Shown here piece after piece: positions 40,700-50,016 of a stretch of DNA of 64,000 nt. A program made the position numbers and the translations under genes. The stretch covers positions 2,592,001 through 2,656,000 of the forward strand of contig OZ251459.1 of NCBI GenBank assembly GCA_965242525.1, read 5' to 3'. Within the stretch, counting starts at the first letter, position 1. Each line of letters begins with the position of its first letter. The notes beneath the pieces were generated by a model that was given only the letters and a program-made list of their open reading frames with translations, was not told the origin of the DNA and searched no databases. The stretch is from an uncultured Candidatus Binatia bacterium (GTDB lineage: Bacteria; Desulfobacterota; Binatia; UBA9968; JAJDTQ01).

Positions 40700-41947
40700 A
40701 TGTCCAACTGGTGGATCGTCTTTGCCGGCGCCCTCGCACACGCGGTGAGCACTGGCTTGGCCTACTTCGGCCTGAGCGCCTACTTCCCGTCCTTCGAGCG
40801 GGAGTTTGGCTGGAGCCGGACCGCCATCTCCGGCGCGTTCTCCCTGGCCCGGGTGGAGTCGGGCCTCCTGGGGCCGGCCGAGGGGTACATGACGAACCGG
40901 CTCGGGCCGAAACGGGTCATGTACGTGGGCATCGTCATCTGCGCCCTGGGATTCGTGGGCCTGAGCGCGGTGACCTCGCTGCCCATGCTCTACGCCAGCA
41001 TCGTGCTGGGCATCGTGCTGGGTTCCAGCATCGGGTTCTACATCCCCATCAGCGTGGTGGTGGCCACGCTCTTCCGCGCCCGCCGGAGCCTCGCCTTCGG
41101 CATATTCAGGATGGGGCCGGGCCTGTCCGGGGCGCTGGTGCCGGTGGTGGGCTCGATGATCGTCTGGTGGGGCTGGCGCACCGCGGCCCTGGCGTCGGCG
41201 TTGATCATCGTCGCCCTGGGCTGGCCCCTGGCCCGGTCCATCGGGGGAGCGTACGAACGGCATGAACGGGGCGAGGAGCCGCCCCCCGCCCGAACCGGCG
41301 CGGCTTCCCGCGGCTCCCGGGAGCGCGCCCCGGACCCGGAGTCCTCGCTGACCCTCCGGCAGGCGCTGCGCACCCGGTCGTTCTGGCTGCTCTCCGCGGT
41401 CATGGGGTTGCGGCAGATGGTCACCGAGGGGGTCTCGGTCCATTTCGTGATCCTCCTGGTGGACCGGGGCTGGGGCCAGAAGGCGGCCAGCAGCCTGCTC
41501 GGCGCCTCCACGCTCATGGGCGCCCCGGCGCGGCTCCTCTTCGGGTGGCTGGGGGACTTCCTGGACAAGCGGCGCCTGATGATGGGCCTGCTCCTGGCCC
41601 TGGGCGCGGCCGTCCTAGTCATGGGCGCCACCGACGACACCCGATGGTTCCTGTCCGCGGTGGTCGTGTATTCGCTGTGCTACGGCGGTCTCGCGTCGCT
41701 GCAGGAACCCATCCGCGCGGACTATTTCGGCATCCGCCACTTCGCCAGCATCCAGGGTTTCAGCCGGCTGTTCGTGACCGCAGGCAGCGTCATGGGCCCC
41801 ATCAGCGCAGGGTTCTTCTTCGACCGGACCGGCAGCTACACGGTGACCCTGACGGCCTTCTCCCTGGCCTCGTTCGCCTCCACCGCACTGATGTACTGGA
41901 CCACCGCCCCCGCCAGACCCGCCCCGGAGGAAGCGCGGGGGCGCTGA
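40700..41947 (+). CDS. MFS transporter (OFA/MCT-like)
   Basis: FGWSRTAISGAFS, LRQALRTRSFW, ADYFG motifs. Confidence 0.9.
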   Translation: MSNWWIVFAGALAHAVSTGLAYFGLSAYFPSFEREFGWSRTAISGAFSLARVESGLLGPAEGYMTNRLGPKRVMYVGIVICALGFVGLSAVTSLPMLYASIVLGIVLGSSIGFYIPISVVVATLFRARRSLAFGIFRMGPGLSGALVPVVGSMIVWWGWRTAALASALIIVALGWPLARSIGGAYERHERGEEPPPARTGAASRGSRERAPDPESSLTLRQALRTRSFWLLSAVMGLRQMVTEGVSVHFVILLVDRGWGQKAASSLLGASTLMGAPARLLFGWLGDFLDKRRLMMGLLLALGAAVLVMGATDDTRWFLSAVVVYSLCYGGLASLQEPIRADYFGIRHFASIQGFSRLFVTAGSVMGPISAGFFFDRTGSYTVTLTAFSLASFASTALMYWTTAPARPAPEEARGR

Positions 41948-42135
41948 GGCGCGGCATCTCCGGGAAATGTCCCCGCGAACGCGGGCGGCTTCGTCGGAAC
42001 CGAGCGGAGGAAACTCTGAACAATCGGGAGGAAACTCTGGCTCTTCCGGCTTTTGTGCAGGTAAGGTAGAAGGGAAAGATGAGCGAAAGGGGAGGGAAAG
42101 GGGTCATGCCGTCATTGCTCCGCAGACGCCTGCCC

Positions 42136-42263
42136 CGTCATTCCCGCGAAAGCGGGAATCCAGTTTCATCGTTCTCATGCAGGGGGCCATGGGGTTGGGT
42201 CGGAAGGATGGAAGCACGGGGAGTTTTCACAAGGATGGATTCCCGCTTTCGCGGGAATGACGG
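42136..42263. repeat. Inverted pair of CGTC-type REPs with conserved spacer
   Basis: CGTCATTCCCGCGAAAGCGGGAATCCA and its inverse; spacer ACGGGGAGTTTTCACAAG shared with the 57413-57538 pair. Confidence 0.85.
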
Positions 42264-42374
42264 GATGGGGCGTCCGCGCCGCCAAACCGAGGACGGCATG
42301 GTCGGAATGGGAGGGAAGCGGATTTCGTCGCGTGCGTGGGGAGTGTCTCAACCCATACGAATTCCTGAAGCGCC

Positions 42375-42562
42375 GAAACTTTGAACAATCGAACCGTGGA
42401 TGAGTGGTATTCCCTCGCGTGACCTTCCTGTCCCCGTTCGTCCTGAGCGTAGCGAAGCGGCGTCGAAGGACGCTCTCATGCCCTCTGCCCGATTGTTCAG
42501 AGGTTCCTCTCGTCATTCCCGCGAAAGTTCCACTCTCGTCATTCCCGCGAAAGCGGGAATCC
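42375..42562. mobile_element. Degenerate MITE (42375-42507) followed by CGTC-type REPs
   Basis: GAAACTTTGAACAATCG...CCCGATTGTTCAGAGGTTCC, then GTCATTCCCGCGAAAG twice. Confidence 0.75.
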
Positions 42563-42666
42563 ATAGAATCCGGAGTTTCCCGGAAGTTGCCACCGGGCAG
42601 GCTTCTAGTCTATATCCCACGGATACCGCGCCGGGCGGACCGGGCTCGGCCGGGTGAGGGACGGCG

Positions 42667-43191
42667 ATGAAGGCGCAAGGGTTCAGCGTTCCCGTAGAGG
42701 AACGGTACTTCGAGGACTACGTGTCCGGCTCGGTTCACGAGTTCGGCCCGGTGACCATGGAGGAGTCCGAGATCATCGAGTTCGGCAAGCGGTTCGTGCC
42801 GCAGCCCTACCACACGGATCCGGAGCTTGCGAAGAAGACCATCTACGGGGGCATCATCGCCAGCGGCTGGCACACCGCCGCGGCCATGATGCGCGTCTAT
42901 TCCGACAACTACCTGTCCAGGGTGGCGAACCTGGGTTCGCCCGGGGTGGACGAGCTCCGCTGGAACAAACCCGTGCGCGCGGGGGACCGCCTGGCCATCC
43001 GCGTAACGGTGCTGGAGACCCGGCGGTCCAGGTCCAGGCCCGAACGCGGCATCGTCGTGTCGTTGGTCGAGACCCTGAACCAGCACGGGGAAGTGGTGAT
43101 GAGCATGAAGATGACCAACTTCATGACCGCCCGGCAGGCGCCGCCCCGGGAGTCCGAGGGGGACTCGTCCGCGGCGCGGGGAAGCGAGTGA
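42667..43191 (+). CDS. MaoC-family dehydratase
   Basis: RYFEDY, PQPYHTD, IIASGWHT, LRWNKPVRAGD motifs. Confidence 0.9.
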   Translation: MKAQGFSVPVEERYFEDYVSGSVHEFGPVTMEESEIIEFGKRFVPQPYHTDPELAKKTIYGGIIASGWHTAAAMMRVYSDNYLSRVANLGSPGVDELRWNKPVRAGDRLAIRVTVLETRRSRSRPERGIVVSLVETLNQHGEVVMSMKMTNFMTARQAPPRESEGDSSAARGSE

Positions 43192-43198
43192 CGAGCAC

Positions 43199-44200
43199 GT
43201 GATCTACGACATCGAAATCAATTCCGCGGCCCACTACCCGGCCGCGGACGTGGTGGGTCTGGTGGAGCGGGCGGAGCAGGCCGGCTTCGGCGCGTTCTGG
43301 AAGGGCGAGTCCAACAGCACGGACCCCATGGTGCTGATCTCGGCCGCGGCCAGCCGCACCAGCGCCATCGGGCTGGGGACCGCCATCTACCACATGTTCG
43401 GACGCAGCCCCGTGGCCCTGGGGTTGCAGGCGGCGACCCTCCAGGACCTCTCCGGGGGGCGCGTGCTCCTGGGCCTGGGCGTGGCCAACAAGGCCATCGC
43501 GGCGTGGCACGGCGGGGTCTTCGACCGTCCGCTACGGCGCGCCCGGGAATACATGGACATCGTGCGCAAGGTGGTTGCGGGGGAGCGCGTGGAGTACGAG
43601 GGGGAGATCTACCGGACCGGCAAGCGTTTCCAGCTCTCGTGGAAGCCCAGGCACCCGGAGGTGCCCCTCTATCTGGCCGGCCTGGGCCCCCAGATGACCC
43701 GGCTGGCGGGAAGGATATCCGACGGCGTCTTCATCAACATGGCGACGCCGGACAAGATCCGCGAGATCGCGGCCCGGGCCCGGGCCGGGGCCGAGGCGGC
43801 CGGCCGGGACCCGGGCAGGTTGGAGATCATCGGCAAGGTGCGGGTCTCCCTCGCCCCGGACCGGGACACGGCCCGCTCGAAGCTGCGCCAGGCCCTGACG
43901 TTCTACAACATTGCGGACCATTACGGCGACATGCTGCGGGAGCAGGGCTTCGCCGCGGACGTGGACGCGGTCCAGGAAGCGTTCAAGAGCGGCGGCTTCA
44001 AGGCGGCCATGGCCCGTCTCACCGACGACTACATGGACCGGCTGCCGGTGGTCCCGGCCACCTCCGCGGCCGAGATCAAGGACCGGCTGGCGCCGTTCGT
44101 GGAGGCCGGGGTGACGCGGATGGTGGTGCCGTACGTTCCGGTGGGCGAACCCGCGGCCGAAGACGCCGCGCGGTTCATCGCCGCCTGGGGACGGGCGTAA
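43199..44200 (+). CDS. LLM-class oxidoreductase
   Basis: LSGGRVLLGLG and PLYLAGLGPQMTRLAGRISDG motifs. Confidence 0.88.
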   Translation: MIYDIEINSAAHYPAADVVGLVERAEQAGFGAFWKGESNSTDPMVLISAAASRTSAIGLGTAIYHMFGRSPVALGLQAATLQDLSGGRVLLGLGVANKAIAAWHGGVFDRPLRRAREYMDIVRKVVAGERVEYEGEIYRTGKRFQLSWKPRHPEVPLYLAGLGPQMTRLAGRISDGVFINMATPDKIREIAARARAGAEAAGRDPGRLEIIGKVRVSLAPDRDTARSKLRQALTFYNIADHYGDMLREQGFAADVDAVQEAFKSGGFKAAMARLTDDYMDRLPVVPATSAAEIKDRLAPFVEAGVTRMVVPYVPVGEPAAEDAARFIAAWGRA

Positions 44201-44299
44201 GGGAAACGCCGGGCAACGACCTCCGTTCGTCCTTCGACTTCGCTTCGCTACGCTCAGGACGAACGAGGGCAATCGTTCAGTGTTCGTTCAATGTTTCCC
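44201..44299. repeat. REP/MITE-family element
   Basis: GGGAAAC...GTTTCCC ends with an internal core unit, directly after the TAA stop. Confidence 0.75.
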
Positions 44300-44359
44300 T
44301 GATGTATGGGGCAAGGGCGCGCTGCCGGCGCGCGAGGGAAACGGAAAAGCGAGGAGACC

Positions 44360-45373
44360 ATGTGTGACTTTGCAGCGGACGCGGAAGCGGCGGGCATCCT
44401 GGTGGGGCGCACCCTGACCCTGGAGCGGGTGCGGCAGCTCAACGCCAAGGACTACTTCTACCAGATGCTCAAGGACAACCCCGAGATGCTCAAGATCTAC
44501 CCGGGCATCGAGGACTCGCTGCTGGAAGGCGCCATCGACTGCCACATCCACGCCTACCCGGACTTCGTGCACCGTTCCCAGGACATGATCCAGATCGCGG
44601 TGGAGGCGTCCCGCGCGGGCATGAGGGCGCTGGCCTTCAAGGACCACTGGAACGTGAGCGCCAACGCCTGCTACCTGGCCCAGCGCCACGTGGACCACCT
44701 GGTGGAAACGGGAGAACTGGAGCACCGGGTGGAGGTTTACGGCGGCGCCGGCACCTGCCACGGCATGAACCCCGAGTACATCCGCATCGCCTTGCAGTAC
44801 CCCAACGCCAAGATGATCTGGTTCCCCACGTTCACATCCCTGGGCTTCTGGCGCAGCGCCGGCCATCCCGAGAAAGGCGGGGTGCGCTTGGTGAGCGAAG
44901 AGGGGGAGGTGCTCCCGGAGGTGGTGGAGGTCATGAAGATGGCGGTGGAGAAGAAGGTGGGCATCGGCTTCGGCCACACCGACTTCCAGGAACTGCTGCC
45001 CCTGGCCAGGAAGGCCGGGGAACTCGGCGTGCGCGCCACTCTGGACCACCCGCTGCTGGAGCTCAACAAGCTGCTGCTGGACGAGATGAAGGAGCTGGCG
45101 GACCTGGGCGTGTTCGTGGGCACCTACTGCCAACCCATGATACCGAGCCTCTACCAGCCCATAGCCGACCCCATGGAGACCGTCCGCACCATCGCCGAGA
45201 TCGGCCCCGAGCGCTGCATCATCGGCAGCGACTTCGGCCAGGTGCTGCACCTGAACGCCATCGACGGCATGCGCGTCTTCATCCGCGCCCTGCTGGGCTT
45301 CGGCATCACCGAGGACCAGATCGCCGTCATGCTCAAGGACAACCCCGCCAAACTCATGTGGCTGGACGACTGA
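44360..45373 (+). CDS. Amidohydrolase-fold metalloprotein (DUF6282-like)
   Basis: AIDCHIHAYPD, KDH, WFPTF, GH, DHP, SDFGQ, NPAKL motifs; GAGGAG RBS. Confidence 0.8.
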   Translation: MCDFAADAEAAGILVGRTLTLERVRQLNAKDYFYQMLKDNPEMLKIYPGIEDSLLEGAIDCHIHAYPDFVHRSQDMIQIAVEASRAGMRALAFKDHWNVSANACYLAQRHVDHLVETGELEHRVEVYGGAGTCHGMNPEYIRIALQYPNAKMIWFPTFTSLGFWRSAGHPEKGGVRLVSEEGEVLPEVVEVMKMAVEKKVGIGFGHTDFQELLPLARKAGELGVRATLDHPLLELNKLLLDEMKELADLGVFVGTYCQPMIPSLYQPIADPMETVRTIAEIGPERCIIGSDFGQVLHLNAIDGMRVFIRALLGFGITEDQIAVMLKDNPAKLMWLDD

Positions 45374-45548
45374 GGGCGGGCAGGGAACGAGGCCGCCGCG
45401 GTTGCGGCCACGGTCCGCGGCAAGTGGCGTCCCTGCCGTGAGAACACCGACTGGCAGCAAGGGACCGGGGGGATTTCGGAGTTGATGGGACCGGCCGACT
45501 CCCATATACTGAAGGCATGGCGATGAGCCGGAAACCGGCGGTGAACGC

Positions 45549-46250
45549 ATGAAGGTCCTCCAGGTTCGTCTTCACGACGCGACGATCAACGTCAGCTTCA
45601 AGCTGGGCCGGTTCATTGCGGATTGGCCGTCGGCGCAGTCGAAGTTCATCACCGGAATCGCCGACGGGTTCCGTGACTGGCTTCCGATCGGCCCGCGGAA
45701 CTTCAGTGTGAACCCGGCCTTTGCGCTGGAAGACCTGCGGTGCAGATGCCATCTCTTCGGGGGCGCATGCAGCATCGTCCTGGCGCCGGAGGCGTTGCAT
45801 CTCGATTTCGAAAACGTGAAACAGGGAGACGGCCCCATCGTCCAGGAGACGGTTCGCAGGGCATCGGGATGGCTTGCCGACGCTCTGGGAGACCACGGCC
45901 GGGACTCGCTGTCGTTCCAGACAACTGCGCACCTGGAGGCGCTGGAAGCGGACGCCGCGGATGCTTACCTCGCTCAGTTCATGCCGGCGGAAGCCGACGA
46001 GTTGATGAGGTCGGAACCGAACGTGAAGTGCCTGCCTTCCAGCCGCATCCTGTTGTCGGGAGAGACGGAAGGATGGGTGTTGCGGCGGGTGTTCGAGAAA
46101 TCGCTGTCGGCCGACAACGCCGTGTTCGTGCATACATCGGTTTACATGCAGTCGTTGGATCCCGTGGGATTCGACGATCAGATACGGCTCCTTGGCCGCG
46201 TCGAGAAGCTGGCGGACCGGGCGGTCGGGCTCGATTGCGAGGACAAGTGA
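45549..46250 (+). CDS. Hypothetical protein (gene 1 of coupled triplet; possibly TIGR04255-like)
   Basis: 233-aa ORF with an alpha/beta pattern; stop overlaps the next start (TGATG). Family is a guess from size and context. Confidence 0.6.
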   Translation: MKVLQVRLHDATINVSFKLGRFIADWPSAQSKFITGIADGFRDWLPIGPRNFSVNPAFALEDLRCRCHLFGGACSIVLAPEALHLDFENVKQGDGPIVQETVRRASGWLADALGDHGRDSLSFQTTAHLEALEADAADAYLAQFMPAEADELMRSEPNVKCLPSSRILLSGETEGWVLRRVFEKSLSADNAVFVHTSVYMQSLDPVGFDDQIRLLGRVEKLADRAVGLDCEDK

Positions 46251-46963
46251 TGACTACGATACAGTACGGGAAGGTCTCGGCATACGACGTCCATGAGCGT
46301 CCGCGGATTGGGCCGGAAGACGTTGCGCGGTTTCTGGCGGAAAGCGGCGCGGGATACGAAGTTCCCAGCGTCGAACCAGGCCTCCGAGCCTTCGGGAGCG
46401 GTCGGAATGCGCCTCCGTCGCGCTTCGCTTTGGTGACGCCGTGGAAATGGGCGCTGTCGGGTGATCCGAACGCGACGTCATCAGGTGAGGCGCGCGCGTT
46501 CGACGCGTACGGGCGGTTCCACCTGCCGGAATCGCGCTGGCTCGCGGACGCCCTGGCGGAGCTGGCGGAGGTCGACGACGAGATCGCGGAGGATGATCTT
46601 CCCCAAGTCGGTGATACCACGAAGGCGGAAGCGGAAAGGCTCGTCAGGGCCTTGGCGTGGACTCCGCTGGCGCCTTCCGTCTACCCCACGCAGGATGCCG
46701 AGATCGCCCTGCATTTCAAGTCGCCCGGCGTGTCGGGCACCGTCGTCATCCTGTTGAGCGATGGCGGGCGGGCGGACTGCCATGCGTACGTCGACGGCAG
46801 GAGCCGGCGCGCCCACTATCAGACTTCCTCGGACCTTCCTGATGCATTCGTCCTGGATCAACTGCGACGCCTGACGCCGGATGGAAATGCCTTTTCGGGG
46901 GCGGTCGCAAGAGTCCTCCCGTTCCCGACGGCGTTTCAGACGAACCTGCTGTCGAAGTGGTGA
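46250..46963 (+). CDS. Hypothetical protein (gene 2 of triplet; putative antitoxin)
   Basis: GAGGA RBS; acidic helix LAELAEVDDEIAEDD followed by PSVYPTQDAEIALHF. Confidence 0.6.
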   Translation: MTTIQYGKVSAYDVHERPRIGPEDVARFLAESGAGYEVPSVEPGLRAFGSGRNAPPSRFALVTPWKWALSGDPNATSSGEARAFDAYGRFHLPESRWLADALAELAEVDDEIAEDDLPQVGDTTKAEAERLVRALAWTPLAPSVYPTQDAEIALHFKSPGVSGTVVILLSDGGRADCHAYVDGRSRRAHYQTSSDLPDAFVLDQLRRLTPDGNAFSGAVARVLPFPTAFQTNLLSKW

Positions 46964-47418
46964 ACACAGGAGCGCGATCGACCCAAGCGCCGTCGGCGGA
47001 GCTGGATGCGAACGAAGATCTGGGCCGAGCCGTGTTCTCGCGGCGGAGGCGCGACCGTGCGCGCAAAGTCGGCCGCATCCACATGGATGTCTTCCTGGAA
47101 CGCGAACAAGCCGAGTCGATCTCGGTCGACCGGATGGACCATGCGCCGATCGATGAATTGGCCGAGTGGTCCCGGGAGCAGGCGCGGAACCGGGAGCCTT
47201 CCCGGCAGTTCTACGGCTGGGCAATCCTGAAGGTCCAGGATGCCGAGAAGAGCGGGAGAACCGTCGAGGCAACCCCTACACCGCAGAACAGATGCCACGC
47301 GGACATCTTTCTGAACGTCACAGGGGAGGAGAGAAGGCGCCGGCAGAGGGACCACGCCGTTGAACTGGCGGACAAGTCCTGGTGGCTGGAGGCTCCCGCG
47401 GTTCCGGATTCCGGGTGA
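46960..47418 (+). CDS. Hypothetical protein (gene 3 of triplet; putative ADP-ribosyltransferase-fold toxin)
   Basis: GTGA overlap with gene 2; LGRAVF...ISVDR...NRCHADI pattern. Confidence 0.55.
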   Translation: MNTGARSTQAPSAELDANEDLGRAVFSRRRRDRARKVGRIHMDVFLEREQAESISVDRMDHAPIDELAEWSREQARNREPSRQFYGWAILKVQDAEKSGRTVEATPTPQNRCHADIFLNVTGEERRRRQRDHAVELADKSWWLEAPAVPDSG

Positions 47419-47473
47419 CGGGACCCGCCGGACGCTTCGCCTTCGTCGAAGCCCGCTCCGGCAGGAAGCGCCG

Positions 47474-48115
47474 ATGCTGCGTCTCTACGACAACCGCCTG
47501 TCCGGCAACGGCTACAAGCCGCGGCTGTTGCTCGCCCACTTGGGCCAGACTTACGAGCGGGTCGAGGTGGATATCCTGAAGGGCGAGACGCGGACCCCGG
47601 CTTTCCTCGCCATGAACCCCAACGGGCGCATTCCCCTGCTCGTGCTCGAAGACGGCGCGTACCTCGCCGAGTCCAACGCCATACTGTGCTACCTTGCCGA
47701 GGGGTCCCGTTTCTGGCCCGACGACCGGATGGCGCGAGCGCTCACTTTGCAATGGATGTTCTTCGAGCAGTACAGCCACGAACCCAACATCGCGGTTGCC
47801 CGCCACTGGCTTCAACACGTTGCAATGACCGAGGCGCAACGCGCCCAACTCCCCGCCCGGCAGGAGGGCGGCCGCGCCGCGCTCGCGGTCATGGAGCGCC
47901 ATCTCGCCAGTTCCCCCTGGTTCGGCGGGGAAGCCATGACCATCGCAGACATGGCGCTCTACGCCTACACCCACGTCGCAGACGAAGGAGGCTTCGATCT
48001 GGCGGACTATCCGGCCGTCTCGGCGTGGCTTGCGCGGGTGGCCGCCGAACCCCGCCACATCCCCATGAACCCGGCGCCGGAGGGCATCGTCACCCCGGCG
48101 CCGAAGGCGGATTGA
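47474..48115 (+). CDS. Glutathione S-transferase family protein
   Basis: SGNGYK, NPNGRIPLL, ESNAILCYLA, FFEQYSHEP, TIADMALYAYTH motifs. Confidence 0.92.
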   Translation: MLRLYDNRLSGNGYKPRLLLAHLGQTYERVEVDILKGETRTPAFLAMNPNGRIPLLVLEDGAYLAESNAILCYLAEGSRFWPDDRMARALTLQWMFFEQYSHEPNIAVARHWLQHVAMTEAQRAQLPARQEGGRAALAVMERHLASSPWFGGEAMTIADMALYAYTHVADEGGFDLADYPAVSAWLARVAAEPRHIPMNPAPEGIVTPAPKAD

Positions 48116-48298
48116 AAACCGGGGAGCTTCGGGGTTTCAGGCGGCTGACCAACGACCCGCCGCAATTGGGACAGGCGGCGTCCATCGAAGCCGTGCAGTT
48201 CGGGCAGAAGGTGCACTCGTGGGAACAGATGAACGCCTCCGACACTTGCGTCAGCGGCGCGCGGCATCTCTCGCACTCGGTTTTCATTTCAGCGCCAT
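48090..48298 (-). CDS. DUF1272 Zn-ribbon protein with an apparent 5' frameshift (open frame 48090-48287)
   Basis: CERC...ICSHECTFCPNC...CPNCGG; the RBS fits ATG 48298, which is out of frame with the ORF. Confidence 0.7.
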
Positions 48299-48606
48299 GT
48301 CCGTGCTCCTCTCCCGGTGGCCGGGGGATTTTCCGGTAGCCATGGTCGGAGGCCCCCTTTCAATCTGTCTTGGTTGGATCGCACCTGATCTCCAGTTCAG
48401 GAAAGGCGCTTCGCAGAGATGCCGCGGCCTCAGCAGTCTCGTCGCCCCATTGATTACTTATCGCGTAGGTTTATTGGAGTCACTCCAACTCTTTGAAATT
48501 ATTAAGGTTTCTTCTACATCGGGCGTTCCCGAAAGTCAGGGGCGAAAGGTGGGAAAATCGGGTCCCTGGGGACGGTTCCGGGCGCCGTCTTCAGGGTCAG
48601 CCCGGA

Positions 48607-49833
48607 CTAGGGGTCAGGGGTTACTCCGAATACACCTTGCATGTCTTTGCTCCTATCTCCATATCCTATGTATTCAAATGCATCTTCGTTATCAGGATCC
48701 TGCTTCCTTATATGTAGTCGCCTGAAATAACCCGCAATCTCCGCCCTCCCGGCAGGGTTCCCTTCATAAGGTGTAAAGTCAATCGCATAGTAATAGGGAG
48801 CCTCCGCGTCGCCAACGAGTCCGACCTGGTTGTCTGAATCAGCATAAACCTTTTGCGAACCACTCCAATCGTTTAGATTGGAAATAAGCCTTATGGGCGG
48901 AAAATTTATTTGGCCATGTCCTGTTGAGAAGTCCAGGGATAAGGTTGCAGTAGGGTCATCAACATCGTCGATTGCCCTTCCGTAGTAATTGGTCAGGCTA
49001 AGGTTCAATGTGGCAGTTGCCCAGTTGCCCTTCGAGTCAACGGCCTGTCCGCTATATGCTGCGGACAATGCAAACGGCGAGGAGGGGCCAATGGTATGGG
49101 AAGTGTCGCCGAAGTCCCCGAAATCCTCATCGAGCATCACATCGCCCATTCTACCGAAATGGACAATGCCCTGATCCTCTGTGGACTCTACAATGAAGAT
49201 GGCGTTGTCCGTCCAACCACCCCAAAAATTCGACGGATAGGAAGTGGCGCTGGAAACGGGCTTGGGCGGCGGCACAGGGGATCTTAGTGTTGCAGTTCCC
49301 GAAAACCGCTGTCTGGCATAGTCATAGTCTGCGTCCTCGAGAATCTCATCAATCCGAGATGGGCGCACCAGGTCTTCCATATAGGGGTTCCATTTACCGC
49401 CTTCATGCCCGACCGTCCCGAGAGAACCAAAGCTGACAGGAGTATAAGTTACCGAGTCTATAGAGAGTCGGTTGTTGAACGAGTTGCTATCATACAAAGC
49501 ATCAATCCTGTCCAGCAATAGCCCCCTGACTTCCGCTGCACCGCCGCCTCCGCTAGGCTCACCGCTGCCGCTTCCAACAGGCTGACCGACTTCGTCCATA
49601 GACGCGGTTTTGCTCCCGCCTCCGCACCCGGCCAGCATCAACACTACCGCCAACGCCAGGACAATCCCCACCGGACGCCGACCGGCACCCTGCGGCCACG
49701 GATAGTAGGGATCTACCGCATCCACCAGCTTCTGCCACGGGATCATTGCGTTCATCTCCTCCAGAAACTTCCCCTTCCGCGTCTGCTTGCCGTACTCCTC
49801 GAAATTCGCCGCGCCAAACGTCTGCTGTTTCAT
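48607..49833 (-). CDS. Chimeric ORF: IS5-family transposase N-terminus fused in frame to a low-GC lipoprotein
   Basis: MKQQTF...KQTRKGKFLEEMNAMIPWQKLVDAVDPYYP...GRRPVGI, then VLALAVVLMLAGC lipobox; ends QGVFGV. Confidence 0.75.
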   Translation of the reverse strand: MKQQTFGAANFEEYGKQTRKGKFLEEMNAMIPWQKLVDAVDPYYPWPQGAGRRPVGIVLALAVVLMLAGCGGGSKTASMDEVGQPVGSGSGEPSGGGGAAEVRGLLLDRIDALYDSNSFNNRLSIDSVTYTPVSFGSLGTVGHEGGKWNPYMEDLVRPSRIDEILEDADYDYARQRFSGTATLRSPVPPPKPVSSATSYPSNFWGGWTDNAIFIVESTEDQGIVHFGRMGDVMLDEDFGDFGDTSHTIGPSSPFALSAAYSGQAVDSKGNWATATLNLSLTNYYGRAIDDVDDPTATLSLDFSTGHGQINFPPIRLISNLNDWSGSQKVYADSDNQVGLVGDAEAPYYYAIDFTPYEGNPAGRAEIAGYFRRLHIRKQDPDNEDAFEYIGYGDRSKDMQGVFGVTPDP

Positions 49834-49933
49834 ACCCTCTGCCTCCACTTCCCTGTAACCCTCCCATCCTACCTCTTGCTTTCTCTTTTCGCTACCTTTA
49901 TCCTCCTGGAACAGGGAATAAATCAGAGGTTTC
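49663..49933 (-). mobile_element. IS5-family left-end remnant
   Basis: End sequence GAAACCTCTGATTTATTCCC (minus strand from 49933) 100 bp upstream of the transposase ATG; about 57 transposase codons; no DDE core. Confidence 0.8.
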
Positions 49934-50016
49934 GAAGTCCTTGAAAGAACATTGGCTATACGGCATTGTTTCAGGGGACTTTCCTTTGCCGTAGCCGGAA
50001 GCAGGAGACGACGTAC

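Noticed and set aside
40159-40752. Short ORFs with ASFDFASLRSGRT / PVRPERSEAKSKDA peptides (also at 1883, 19331, 42400, 58837)
   Set aside because: These are translations of the repeat element, not independent genes.
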